Shown here piece by piece: positions 11,301 to 20,142 of a DNA stretch of 64,000 nucleotides (within the stretch, counting starts at the first letter, position 1; each line of letters starts with the position of its first letter). The stretch is from Verrucomicrobiota bacterium (lineage in GTDB: Bacteria; Auribacterota; JABMQX01; JAFGEW01): assembly GCA_016931415.1 (NCBI GenBank), contig JAFGEW010000061.1, forward strand, positions 20,110-84,109, read 5' to 3'. Under the pieces are notes generated by a model. That model was not told the origin of the DNA. It saw nothing but the letters and a program-made list of their open reading frames with translations, and made no database searches. Both the position numbers and the translations under genes were made by a program.

Positions 11301-11429
11301 AAGCGCAAGCCTCGGCCACAGTCGGGCATGTGGCCGCGTCTCCCGCACGCTTGTCGGGGCGGTGGCTTCAGACGGCGTCACCGGTGTCACAGGTCCCCTC
11401 TCCTCACCGAGCCGAGAAGCGGCTGCCAC
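8334..11429 (-). CDS. Large membrane protein: N-terminal GT-C-like multi-TM domain plus C-terminal soluble domains
   Basis: 1031 aa with a GTG start 12 nt downstream of the GT2 stop. The loop motif FKDDHGTAALMSLHILQG sits after TM1. The C-terminal part has a possible discoidin-like stretch (TIIVDFGEAVEIGGLRLVAEHEWDYPV) and a TPR-like helix. Confidence 0.75.
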   Translation of the reverse strand: MAAASRLGEERGPVTPVTPSEATAPTSVRETRPHARLWPRLALVVVLLGALLIRVDFIHSAYYFKDDHGTAALMSLHILQGRETPLYFYGYHYVAALGAYVGALMFAVFGMSPESLCLAMVPFALLWVFATYLLFGRLVGRWGGVLAAALVAFAPFTVMWYSVVPLLGYPTTFAFGTLIVYFGARLNARPISPRTESWCLIGLAAVAGIAIWNNPLCASYLVIGFGLLVAHVVREHLRRGLLIKLLGASVVLVVALAPVIMTALQVGVKPLFGFRAHRSGLIETNVELVGTYYVEELLFKGSPLGVGRTGSIAAYALAAAGFVGAFVVGIVGAVRGRRARVRGRRARAKYAPLLKATLVPLAFVLVYAAMFLPSPMAATRGPRFFVPFYLGVCAIFAAPLALRWMWSTTAAGVLAGVVIAFNIATHIHVGHGKGSGAGARRMAEMEAFVNEVERAGLRYVMVDDLEGHPLTFVAREKTIFVHSYRERYYPYAVDAAASDETAIAKHPGGIPAFRETLRTLGVTAPEPIVGAKQAVFYGFAMPTQTLRVVEPKGVSYGTASLNPDRAEWLIDRNEETWVCDRFDAKGTIIVDFGEAVEIGGLRLVAEHEWDYPVALQIMGTLGAREDDEAWLPVETVKPREASTYIAGNRLYHRGELPAMECRFSPVRVRYLRLDGFRPPKKQIEEWGIQEAYFYAPAGERGLPDENEAADISMTLAACGVTFAYCDEWLSRRIERLPPPRPGVLPHYDSLHLESMVSRTVSIRDGVAIVVENAHADECGRRIEEATVGEVSVQRIEFPHYTALAVTACPGAYADFGGLKWDRFTLVGTACVATAAWYQQRGESLEREGDAERARRYYHRAFETFAGIPANLDTLAPTDAEARATLEKLTPQHETPVRFSRSVRLVGYSIEPATLVAGERATLQLVWEFEGSMPGARLPVFVHFLDEETIRFQADHAVRLPVLGPTDVPRCRLLDEHTFVVSADCPSGEMIIRLGVLNWRNTRKRLKPTTDLPVNRDAVEIGRIDVIHSSGG

Positions 11430-11441
11430 CCGGCCGGCCTC

Positions 11442-12134
11442 TCAGCGGAACACGTTGTACTTGAGAATGTACCAGAGCGCCCGGAGGCCGTCGCGCCACG
11501 TGATCTTCTTCCCCTGCGCGAACGTGCGTCCGTAGTACGAAATGCCGACCTCGTAGACGCGTACGCCGAGCCGCGCCACCTTGGCCGTCACCTCCGGCTC
11601 GAACCCGAAGCGATGCTCGGCGATTGTGATCCGCTGAAACACCTCTGCGCGGAAGACCTTGTAGCATGTCTCCATGTCCGTCAGGTTGAGGTTCGTGAGC
11701 ATGTTCGACAGCAGCGTCAGCCCCTTGTTCGCCAGCATGTGCCAGAAATAGAGCACACGGTGCGCCTCGGAGCCGACAAAGCGCGAGCCATAGACGACAT
11801 CGGCCTTGCCCCCCTCGATCGGCGCGAGCAACTTCGGGTATTCGGCTGGATTGTACTCGAGATCGGCGTCCTGGATGAGCACCACGTCGCCGGTCACGTG
11901 CGCTTGCGCGGTGCGAATCGCGGCGCCTTTGCCCCAGTTCATCTCGTGGTAGAACACGCGCACGCCCTCGACGCCATCGTGGCGAGCCAGGACGTCGCGC
12001 GTACCGTCCTGCGAGCAGTCATCGACGACGAGGATTTCCTTCTCATACCCAATGGGCGCCGCCTTGACCTGTGCGAGCAGCGTATCGAAGCTGTCGCGCT
12101 CATTGTAGACCGGGATGATGATTGAAAGTCTCAT
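11442..12134 (-). CDS. Glycosyltransferase family 2 (polyprenol-phosphate sugar synthase / Dpm1-like)
   Basis: MRLSIIIPVYNERDSF...EILVVDDCSQDGTRDVL...VVLIQDADLEY is the classic GT2 GT-A signature, including the DxD motif. 230 aa. Confidence 0.9.
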   Translation of the reverse strand: MRLSIIIPVYNERDSFDTLLAQVKAAPIGYEKEILVVDDCSQDGTRDVLARHDGVEGVRVFYHEMNWGKGAAIRTAQAHVTGDVVLIQDADLEYNPAEYPKLLAPIEGGKADVVYGSRFVGSEAHRVLYFWHMLANKGLTLLSNMLTNLNLTDMETCYKVFRAEVFQRITIAEHRFGFEPEVTAKVARLGVRVYEVGISYYGRTFAQGKKITWRDGLRALWYILKYNVFR

Positions 12135-12240
12135 GAGCCGCTATCCCATACCAGGATGAAAGCCACTGACGCGCCAAGCCTCTCCTGACCTATGATGCCC
12201 CGGCGGGCAAGTCAACACACACCGTGTAACGCTCGGCCGG

Positions 12241-13638
12241 CTACATTCCCTTGAAAACCCTGCGAAGCTTCTTCTTTGCGCGCGACAGCATGCCCACGAG
12301 CGCCACGCCCAACCGGCTGTACAGCAGCCAGTACGCGAGCGCCTTGAGCTTGTTGCGCCTCCAAAACACACGGAAACAGAACAAGCGATACGCCCGGTTC
12401 ACCACCTTGGCCGGAAATCCCGGCAGCTTCAGATAGCACGTCCGATACGCGATGTACCGCTCGGGCACATGCCCATCGGCCGGGACATACCCCTCGCGGA
12501 CGCAGAGGTCGTACAGCTCCGTGCCCGGATGCGGCCAGAAGACGCTGCAATTCGTCACGTCGGTCCGGAGCCGCTGGTTGAGTCGCACGGTCGCCATGTG
12601 CTTCTCGGGCGTCTCACCCGGCAGCCCGACCATATTGAGTGTCTTGACTTGCAGCCCGGCGCGCTGCGCGCACTCGATAGCGGCGATGATCTCGTCGTTG
12701 CTCATCGTCCGCTTGAGCACCGTGCGACGGAGTTCCTCGTCGCCTACCTCGACTCCGAAATCGACGCGCCGCGCACCCGCCTGCTTGAGCAACTGCATCG
12801 TCTCATCATTTGTCACCTCGACGCGCCCACAGCAGATGAACGGCACGCCGACTTCCTTCGGGTATCGCTCGGCGAACTCGCGCAGCCGCCGCCGGTCGAG
12901 CATGAAGATATCGTCGTCGAAAAAGATCTCCTCGAACGTAAAGCGCGCCTTGAGCATCTTGAGCTCATCGAGCAGGTTGTCGATCGAGCGGAAGCGCACG
13001 TAGCGCCCCGGTTGCGCCGCCGCGAGGATGTGGTTGGCGCAATAGGTGCACTTGTACGGACAGCCACGCGAGGCGAGCACACGCATCTGCCCCATGCCGT
13101 AGCGGTCGATGTTCTGCTGCACGTCGAACAGGTCCCAGTCCTCGACCGGCAGCTTGTCGATCTCGGCGATGAACGGCCGCGGCGGTGTCTTGACGATCTC
13201 GCCTTCGCGCTTGACCCAGAGCCCCTCGACCGTCGCCGGATCGCGCCCGCTCTCGAGTGCCTCGACGAGTTCGAGCAACGTCAGCTCGCCCTCGCCGATG
13301 CAGACCGCATCGAGCCGGTCGATCTTTTCGAGCATCTGTGGGAAGCACGTCGCGTGCGGCCCGCCGACGATCGTGAACGTGCCGTCGCGCGGCACGGCGT
13401 TGATGAGTTCGCCGACCTGCTCGGCCTGCTCGGCCGCTACGTAGAAGCCGACGACCTGCGGCCGCGCCTCGGTCAGTCGTGCGGGCCATTCGTCGAGCTC
13501 GTGCGCGCGGCTGAAATACGCCAGGGCCACCTCGTGACCGTGCTGCTTGAGCACCGCCGAGATGGACATAAGCCCATGCTGAAGTCCCAGCGCCCCGAAG
13601 CGCTGGTTCACCTCAACGAATCCGAGCAGGATCTTCAT
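12241..13638 (-). CDS. B12-binding domain radical SAM protein
   Basis: The N-terminal region is Rossmann-like and cobalamin-binding-like (MKILLGF...GLMSISAVLKQHGHEVAL...VVGF). It is followed by the CxxxCxxC cluster RGCPYKCTYCANH. 465 aa. Confidence 0.9.
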   Translation of the reverse strand: MKILLGFVEVNQRFGALGLQHGLMSISAVLKQHGHEVALAYFSRAHELDEWPARLTEARPQVVGFYVAAEQAEQVGELINAVPRDGTFTIVGGPHATCFPQMLEKIDRLDAVCIGEGELTLLELVEALESGRDPATVEGLWVKREGEIVKTPPRPFIAEIDKLPVEDWDLFDVQQNIDRYGMGQMRVLASRGCPYKCTYCANHILAAAQPGRYVRFRSIDNLLDELKMLKARFTFEEIFFDDDIFMLDRRRLREFAERYPKEVGVPFICCGRVEVTNDETMQLLKQAGARRVDFGVEVGDEELRRTVLKRTMSNDEIIAAIECAQRAGLQVKTLNMVGLPGETPEKHMATVRLNQRLRTDVTNCSVFWPHPGTELYDLCVREGYVPADGHVPERYIAYRTCYLKLPGFPAKVVNRAYRLFCFRVFWRRNKLKALAYWLLYSRLGVALVGMLSRAKKKLRRVFKGM

Positions 13639-13668
13639 CCGATGCGTCTCTCCAGAATGGATGCCCCG

Positions 13669-14415
13669 TCACGAGCCAAGCTCGGCCCGCAGAATCACGG
13701 GCGAGCCGAGCAGCCGCGTCAGCCCGAGCCGCCGCGCGACGTCCTCCGCACGCGCCGACCAGCCGGGCCGGCCGACGGCCCGATGGACGACCATCGGCAC
13801 GAGAAACTCGTCGACTCGTCCGGTCACCCTGTACCCCGCCGAGCGGAATGCCGCCCGCACGTCGTGTTCGAGAAATGTCAGGTAGTGGCGCGTGTTCTTC
13901 TCGACATTCTTCTTCACGTGGAACAGCAGCGGCGTCAGGACATTGGCGCTCGCGAGCGGCGCGTAGTCCACGACCACCGCATGCCGCGCCACCCGGCACA
14001 GTTCGCCCACGAGCCGCCGCCAACCGACGACGTGCGCCAGCAGGCGGAATGAGACAACGACGTCGAAACTCGCATCCGCGTACGGCAGCTCGACGACGCT
14101 GCCCGTCTCGAACGCCACCTCCACGCCCGCGCGGCCCGTTGCCCTGTCGAGCCGCTCGCGGCACGCCGGCGTACTGCCGAGGACGGTCACCGCATAGCCT
14201 TCCCGCGCCAGCGGCACAGCCACCTGCGCGTGGCCACCGCCCACGTCGAGCACGCGGCCACCGCGCCAGGGGCGCACGAGATCCAGACACGCGCGCTCCT
14301 GCACACCAAGGAACCACTCGCCCACCGGGCCTGAGAAACGCCGGGCATAGCCGTCAGACGACGTCTCCACGTCCGGCGCCGCGCCGGTGATGGCATGCTT
14401 CTGCCGCTCGACCAT
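13669..14415 (-). CDS. Class I SAM-dependent methyltransferase
   Basis: Motif I is VLDVGGGHAQVAVPLAREGYAVTVLG. I place the start at the internal ATG (MVERQKH...), because the longer ORF to 14562 would overlap the divergent gene at 14526. Confidence 0.8.
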   Translation of the reverse strand: MVERQKHAITGAAPDVETSSDGYARRFSGPVGEWFLGVQERACLDLVRPWRGGRVLDVGGGHAQVAVPLAREGYAVTVLGSTPACRERLDRATGRAGVEVAFETGSVVELPYADASFDVVVSFRLLAHVVGWRRLVGELCRVARHAVVVDYAPLASANVLTPLLFHVKKNVEKNTRHYLTFLEHDVRAAFRSAGYRVTGRVDEFLVPMVVHRAVGRPGWSARAEDVARRLGLTRLLGSPVILRAELGS

Positions 14416-14525
14416 GCGCAGGAGTGTAGCCGCCCGGACGGCACCCGTCAACGCAGCGGTGCGCACCGCCCACGGACAACTCGGCTGTTGACTCGACGAG
14501 GCAGACGCCGCATCCTCCGCCCGAC

Positions 14526-15572
14526 ATGGCAGAGACACCGCCCGACATAGCCGAGCCCACACCGCCGCGCCGCACGGCCCGCCGGGTCCTGCTCGTTGCC
14601 GTCAAGCTCACCGTGGCCGTCGCACTCCTCTACGTGCTGCTGCGCGACATGCAGTGGTCCGACTTCCGCGACGACCTTCGGGGAATCCGCTGGCCGTGGT
14701 TCGCGCTCGCCGTGTTCCTCCACCTGCCCGGCTACTTGATCAGCGCGTACCGGTGGCGCCTGCTGCTCGTTGCCCAGGGCGAACGCATTTCGCTCAGAAA
14801 GCTCGTCGAATCCTACATCGTCGCCACGTTCTTCAACTGCACGCTGCTCGGCACGCTCGGTGGCGACGTCGTGCGCCTGAGGGACACCGGCTTGGGCCGC
14901 AAGCGCGGCGCGCAAGCCGCGTCGTCCATCCTCGTCGAGCGGCTCACCGGCCTCATCACCATGGTGCTCCTGGCCGCCGCCGGCATGGGGCTGCTCGCCC
15001 TCACCGGCGGCATCTCGACACGCTTCGGCGTCCTCGTCTGGGGCGCGCTCGGGCTCTTTGCCGTCTCCTGCGCCGGCCTCGTTGTCCTCACCCATCCGCG
15101 CGTCGCGCGACGCCTGGCCGCCCTCCTGGGCCGCCTTGTGCCGCCCGGCGGGCGGCTGGGACAGAAGCTCGCCGATGCACTCGAGGTGTTCCGCACCAAC
15201 CGCCGGCCCGTCTACGCCAACCTCGCCTGGGCGTTGCTGCTCCAGGTCAACGTCGCCGCCCACTGGTTCTGCCTCGCCCTCGCGCTGGGCGTGCCTGCCG
15301 TGCGCGAGACGCCGCTCCAGTGCGCGTTCGCCTTCATGGCCATCGTGCCGCTGATCACGCTAGTCCTCATGCTCCCGCTCACACCCGGCGGCGCGGGTGT
15401 GCGCGAGCTCACGCTCAGGCAACTGCGGCAGGGATTGGGCTTCGCGGCGACACACGCGGGTGCGGCGTCTGTTGTCCTCATGGGATGGCTACAGGTCGTG
15501 TCCGTGCTTGCGTACGGCGCGGCGGGCTTCGTCATCTTCATCGCCCGCTCCTTCCGCGCGCGCAGACACTGA
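14526..15572 (+). CDS. Flippase-like / lysylphosphatidylglycerol-synthase TM-region family (UPF0104) membrane protein
   Basis: 348 aa, polytopic. YLISAYRWRLLL...LVESYIVATFFNCTLLGTLGGDVVRLRD matches the LPG_synthase_TM pattern. It is divergent from the methyltransferase operon. Confidence 0.8.
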   Translation: MAETPPDIAEPTPPRRTARRVLLVAVKLTVAVALLYVLLRDMQWSDFRDDLRGIRWPWFALAVFLHLPGYLISAYRWRLLLVAQGERISLRKLVESYIVATFFNCTLLGTLGGDVVRLRDTGLGRKRGAQAASSILVERLTGLITMVLLAAAGMGLLALTGGISTRFGVLVWGALGLFAVSCAGLVVLTHPRVARRLAALLGRLVPPGGRLGQKLADALEVFRTNRRPVYANLAWALLLQVNVAAHWFCLALALGVPAVRETPLQCAFAFMAIVPLITLVLMLPLTPGGAGVRELTLRQLRQGLGFAATHAGAASVVLMGWLQVVSVLAYGAAGFVIFIARSFRARRH

Positions 15573-15672
15573 AGAGGGGACCTCTCACAGACGCGCAGGC
15601 CCGCGGGGAAAACGAGAGAGAAGGACCTCCGCACGAACGCGCGTCTTTGCGGTTTCTGCGAGGGAAGCTGTC

Positions 15673-18600
15673 CTACAAGGGGGCACGTTTCACGACGCGG
15701 ACCGTCCCGATCGTCGCGCTGTTGTTCGTATGCGGCACACCCGCCGCGGCGATTCGGATCCGCTTGTCGTGCATGTTGATCAGAATGCCGACCTCGATCT
15801 CGTACGTGCCCGGCTCGACGTCCTCCGGAATATGGATGCGGTGCCGGTACAGCGGCCGGACGCGGTCGAGCCGCTCGTCGAAGCCGAAGTCCTGCACGAT
15901 CTCCGTGTCGCCCTGGAAGCCGTGCACGTCCTTGGGCCCACCCGCAGGCACAAAGTGGACGAACAGCCAGCGGCCCGCCAACTCGCTTGCCGCCGACGGC
16001 GCGGTGTCCCAGTGCAGCGTCAGCTCGACCGTGTCGCCCGGCGCGTACTCTCCGGCGCTCAGCCGCCAGCCCGTCAACTGCACGCCGTTCTTGAACCGCA
16101 CGGAGACCCGCGTCTCGTCGGGACGCGCGTGCGCTGTACGGGCCTCGTCGAGCCTCGCAAGCAGCTCGGCCCGCCGCGCCTCAGGCAGGTGCTCGCGTAT
16201 CCGCCACAGCAACTCGTACGGTCCGTATCCCCCGGCGTCCGCTTCGATCGCCTTCGCGCTGGCGTCTACCGCCAGTTCGACCTCGCCGCGCCCTTCGGCT
16301 TCATGCGCGAACGCGAGGAGCGCCTCGGCATCCTGAGGCACCGGCTTCAGGCCTGCGAAGTCCTCGTCGAGCATCGCCCGCACAAGCGCATCGCGCGCCG
16401 CGACCGTCGCCGCGAAGTCCGGCTTGATCGCCACCGTGTCAATCCGCAGCGGCAGCGTCGGGTCGGCCGCCAGCCGAAGCGCCACCGGCCCGCGCCGCTC
16501 GCCTAGGTTCAACGTGCACGCAACCTCGCCGTACGCGGGTCGCGTAAGCTCATCGAGCGTCAGCACCGCCTCGTCGTAGACAATCTCGCCCGTCACATCG
16601 ACAACCGCCACGCGCATCGTCGCCGGCGAGGCCCCCGCCTCATCGAGGCGCGCCCGGAGCGTGATTCTGTACGCTCCCGGCTCGAGGAAAAGCCCAGCCA
16701 AGCGCGCCGACCATTCGACGCCCTCGGTGGGCCCCGGCATCACGCACGTGTCACCCGAGGCCGTGCAGTCGTGTCGCGTGTATCGCCTTGCCACCTCGCG
16801 CGACATCGCTTCGGCCTCCAGGGCCATGTACGGCAGCTCGTCGAGGTAGAAGCTGGATATGCCGAACCGCTTGAAGAACGACTCCCCGCCGTGCGCCAGA
16901 TCCGCGCGCACGGCGTCCACGAGTCCTGCCGCCTTCTCGATCTCGTTGAGGTCGACGCCCTCGCACCGCGCCGCAATCAGCGCCATCTGCGCGAGCGCCG
17001 GTGACTTCGTTTCAGCCCACGCCGCGACGAGGTGCGGCACCGCCGCCTTGTACATCCCGGCGTTGAAGTAGAGCACACCCTTCTGCTCATCGGTGACGGC
17101 AACCTCGGCCCGGCACGCGTACGGCGCGCGCGCCCAGAACGCATAGAACGGCCGCCCGATCAGCCCGATGCGCTTCGGTCCTTCGATGCGGATCACGCGC
17201 GTCTCGAGCGGCGCGAGGCCCACCTCGCGCTTGGGTCCGCCCAGGGCCAGCGCCACGATGTTGCCCGTCTCGCCGTTGCGCAGCGCGACAACGACCTCCT
17301 CGGGCCGCTCGGGCATGATGTAGATGCGACGCGTCGCGCGCGGACGAAGATTCATCATCCGGCTCGTCCGCACGAACTCAGCCCCGTCGGGCACGACGAA
17401 CTCGTTGCCCGTTTCGGACGGCAGACGCTGATACACGGGCATCGTGAATCCGGGCCGCAGGTGCTTCGATGTCGGCACAAGCAGCACGTCGACGCGCGCC
17501 GGGTTGCGGAACCACGTGAGCGGCTCTTTCGCCTCGAACTCAAACGTCTTGAGCGGCACGCTCCCCTCGGGGATGTGCTCGGGCGTGCGTGTGCTGCTCG
17601 CCGCGATCGCGAGCGTCTCGACGGCCGCTGGCTTGCCGTCGCCGTCGGACGCTGTGGCGTTCGCGTGTTCGACCGACCGATTGGCCGAATGCAGCGCGTA
17701 CGGCCCCTCCTGCACGAAGAACGCCCGGGGGATGTTCTCGTTGATCCACTCGGTCGCCACGCGCCGCGAGCTCTGGTGCCAGAAGAAGAAGTCAATGCGC
17801 ACGACCTGGACAAGGCTCACGACGGCCATCACGCCTGCGAACGCCGCCCCAACGGCGATCCCCGGCACCCGCAGCTTCTTCGTCAGCCCCGCGAGCAGAT
17901 GCGTCGCCACGCCCGCGTAGAGGCAGAAGAACAGTGTCACAATCGAGAAGTAGTACGGCTTGACCACCTTCGAGCTGACGAGCAGCACGGCGAGGTACAG
18001 CAGCACGAACAGCCCCGGCAGCATATAACGCCGGGTGCGAAAAGCCGAGCCGATGAATCCCGCCGCCGCGCCGATCGCCACGATCCCGCTCGCCCGCCAC
18101 AGCACGGGGAAGTTTTCCGCGGCCGCGTGGCCAAGCAGCGACTGCTCGCCGCTCGCAACCGCCGCCGGCGCCTCGCGAAACTCCGACGCCCGCTGCATGA
18201 AGTCCGCAATGTCCTTGACGACGCGGTCCGGGTAAATGAGCAGCGACGGGATCGCCAGCAAGACGCCCACGATCGCCCCGGCGGCGATCAGCCCAAGCGC
18301 ACGGATCGCCTGCCGGCCCACGAGCCGCCGCGGCGACGCGTACTTGAGCACGTGCAGCACCAGCACGTAGATTCCGACGATCGCGCCGTTGTACTTCGCC
18401 GCAAACGACACCGCGGCGAGGACCCCCCCGAGTGCGGCGTAGACGAGCCGCGCCCTGGCGCGGTACATGCGCAGCCCAACAAGCACGGTGAGACACACGA
18501 AGAGGTCCATCACCGCGTCGGGCATCGCGTAGTGCGCCGTCTCGACCGTAAGCCACGAGAGCGCGGCCAGTCCGCTCCCAACAAGTCCCGCGATCGGCCC

Positions 18601-19110
18601 CCATACTTCCAGCCCGATCCGGTAGATCACATACACGGCCAGCGCCGACATGAGACACACGGTCAGCCGCGCGAGCGCGAACAGCTTCGTGGCGAGGTCC
18701 GCGTAGTCGTTCGGCGCTCGTATCTCGCGCTCCCAGCCCATCACGTACAGCACCGAGCCGTACACACCCGTGATCGCCCGCCACTCCCACTCGACCAGGT
18801 GCATCATGAAGTACGGATAGCCGTCGATGTTGAAATCGGGTGGTTTCGACCGGTAGTAGTAGTGCCCATCGAGAAACCGCTCGGCCATCTTGATCTGCTT
18901 CGGCGTGTCAGGATGGTAGATGCGGCCTTCGTCCAGATCGTTCGACAGGCCGGCGAAACGCACGACAAACGCGACCACCACGATCGCCAGCGCGCCGAGC
19001 CGCACGGCCCACCGCTGCGTTGGCCGCGCTGTCTTCTCAACGGCGACGCCTTTCACGCGCCGCCCGAACGAACCCGCCGTCCGTTGCCTGCTGTACTTCA
19101 CCGGTGCCAT
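15673..19110 (-). CDS. Large GT-C fold (GT39/PMT_2-like) membrane glycosyltransferase with long soluble C-terminal region
   Basis: 1145 aa with an ATG start 4 nt after the upstream stop. YHPDTPKQIKMAERFLDGHYYY follows TM1, then about 12 TM helices and roughly 650 aa of soluble sequence. Confidence 0.8.
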   Translation of the reverse strand: MAPVKYSRQRTAGSFGRRVKGVAVEKTARPTQRWAVRLGALAIVVVAFVVRFAGLSNDLDEGRIYHPDTPKQIKMAERFLDGHYYYRSKPPDFNIDGYPYFMMHLVEWEWRAITGVYGSVLYVMGWEREIRAPNDYADLATKLFALARLTVCLMSALAVYVIYRIGLEVWGPIAGLVGSGLAALSWLTVETAHYAMPDAVMDLFVCLTVLVGLRMYRARARLVYAALGGVLAAVSFAAKYNGAIVGIYVLVLHVLKYASPRRLVGRQAIRALGLIAAGAIVGVLLAIPSLLIYPDRVVKDIADFMQRASEFREAPAAVASGEQSLLGHAAAENFPVLWRASGIVAIGAAAGFIGSAFRTRRYMLPGLFVLLYLAVLLVSSKVVKPYYFSIVTLFFCLYAGVATHLLAGLTKKLRVPGIAVGAAFAGVMAVVSLVQVVRIDFFFWHQSSRRVATEWINENIPRAFFVQEGPYALHSANRSVEHANATASDGDGKPAAVETLAIAASSTRTPEHIPEGSVPLKTFEFEAKEPLTWFRNPARVDVLLVPTSKHLRPGFTMPVYQRLPSETGNEFVVPDGAEFVRTSRMMNLRPRATRRIYIMPERPEEVVVALRNGETGNIVALALGGPKREVGLAPLETRVIRIEGPKRIGLIGRPFYAFWARAPYACRAEVAVTDEQKGVLYFNAGMYKAAVPHLVAAWAETKSPALAQMALIAARCEGVDLNEIEKAAGLVDAVRADLAHGGESFFKRFGISSFYLDELPYMALEAEAMSREVARRYTRHDCTASGDTCVMPGPTEGVEWSARLAGLFLEPGAYRITLRARLDEAGASPATMRVAVVDVTGEIVYDEAVLTLDELTRPAYGEVACTLNLGERRGPVALRLAADPTLPLRIDTVAIKPDFAATVAARDALVRAMLDEDFAGLKPVPQDAEALLAFAHEAEGRGEVELAVDASAKAIEADAGGYGPYELLWRIREHLPEARRAELLARLDEARTAHARPDETRVSVRFKNGVQLTGWRLSAGEYAPGDTVELTLHWDTAPSAASELAGRWLFVHFVPAGGPKDVHGFQGDTEIVQDFGFDERLDRVRPLYRHRIHIPEDVEPGTYEIEVGILINMHDKRIRIAAAGVPHTNNSATIGTVRVVKRAPL

Positions 19111-19114
19111 CGCT

Positions 19115-19900
19115 TCACGAGCCCTCGACCGTCCTGTTGATCTTCGCCTCCAAGTCGCGCCGGTCGTGGACGACCTTCGCAGGCGAGCCTTTCGCCACCG
19201 CGTACGGCGGCACGTTGGTGATCACGACCGACCCCGCCGTCACGATCGCGTCGCGCCCGATCGTCACGCCGTCGAGAATCGTCGCGCCCGCGCCGATCCA
19301 GGCGTTGTCCTCGATGACGATCCCGCCGCGCAGATCGAGCGGCTGGTCCACGATCGGGACGTCCGTCCGCTCGGTCCGATAGCCCGCCGCCCCGGCCATA
19401 TAGCAGTATGGCGCGATAAGCACGCTGTCGCCCACCACGATCCGGTTGCCCGTATACACGTGGAATGTGCAGTTCGGGCCCACGCCCACGCGCCGCCCGA
19501 TCCGGATGCTCCCGCCCTTGCATGCGAGGATCGCGTTGCGCGACACGATTGTGCCGTCGCCGATCTCGATGCTCACGGCCTCGTCGCTACGGCCGTCGAG
19601 CGAGACGTTGTTGTCCACGAGCACTCGCGCTCCGATCGCAATCCGCCACGGCGAGCGCAGCGTCAGATGCTCGCCGAACACGGTGCCCCGGCCGATGCGG
19701 CGGAAGATGCCGCGATAGAGGAGACGGCGCAGCGCCATCCCGAGCGCGCCCGGGCAGCCGCCGGCGAGCATTGCGATCTCGTACTTGAGCAGGTAGCCGA
19801 ACCCGCGTCCGCCGAGCATGACGCTGCGGTATTTCGCCAGCGCCGACTGCCCCTCCTCGCGCATCAGGTGCCGCGTGCTCTGCAGCTTCGGCTCGCCCAT
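19115..19900 (-). CDS. Hexapeptide-repeat (left-handed beta-helix) acyl/acetyltransferase
   Basis: Repeated [LIV]-G-x4 hexapeptides (IGARVLVDNNVSL, IGDGTIVSRNAIL, IGRRVGVGPNCTF, IGAGATILDGVTIG). The start is uncertain. I prefer the ATG at 19900, which has an AAGGA SD. The alternatives at 19945 (ATG) and 19966 (GTG) fall inside a REP-like hairpin. Confidence 0.8.
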   Translation of the reverse strand: MGEPKLQSTRHLMREEGQSALAKYRSVMLGGRGFGYLLKYEIAMLAGGCPGALGMALRRLLYRGIFRRIGRGTVFGEHLTLRSPWRIAIGARVLVDNNVSLDGRSDEAVSIEIGDGTIVSRNAILACKGGSIRIGRRVGVGPNCTFHVYTGNRIVVGDSVLIAPYCYMAGAAGYRTERTDVPIVDQPLDLRGGIVIEDNAWIGAGATILDGVTIGRDAIVTAGSVVITNVPPYAVAKGSPAKVVHDRRDLEAKINRTVEGS

Positions 19901-19952
19901 AAGACAGTTATCCTTGTTCTTCCCCGCCCGCGCAGCGGACGACATGCTGTAG

Positions 19953-20120
19953 CCACGGGTGCTCACCCGTGGGCCACGTTCAAAACGTTCATCGAACCCC
20001 CGCAGGGGGTGACATCCGGCCCTCCCCTATACAACCCCTGCGGGGGTTCTACCATTCTGCAGCCCCTCACGAACCACGGTCCTAGGACCGAGGCTACAAG
20101 ATGCCGCCCGCTGCACGGGC
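19953..20120. repeat. Cluster of REP-like GC-rich hairpins in an intergenic spacer
   Basis: Hairpins are CCACGGGTG/CACCCGTGG (19953-19972) and an inverted pair GAACCCCCGCAGGGGG (19994-20010) / ACCCCTGCGGGGGTTC (20033-20049). There is also a perfect palindrome CGGTCCTAGGACCG (20077-20090) and GCCCG-CTGCA-CGGGC (20106-20120). Related motifs recur at 35.4-36.0, 37.7-38.3 and 43.3 kb. Confidence 0.55.
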
Positions 20121-20142
20121 TCAGAGCATCAAACCACCGAGA

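Noticed and set aside
9912-12125. A 737-aa plus-strand ORF. Also 17032..19140(+), 22136..23761(+), 23795..25375(+) and 12469..14052(+).
   Set aside because: These are Arg/His/Asp/Glu-rich shadow frames opposite well-supported minus-strand genes (GT-C, GT2, rSAM, ArnT-like, GH10).
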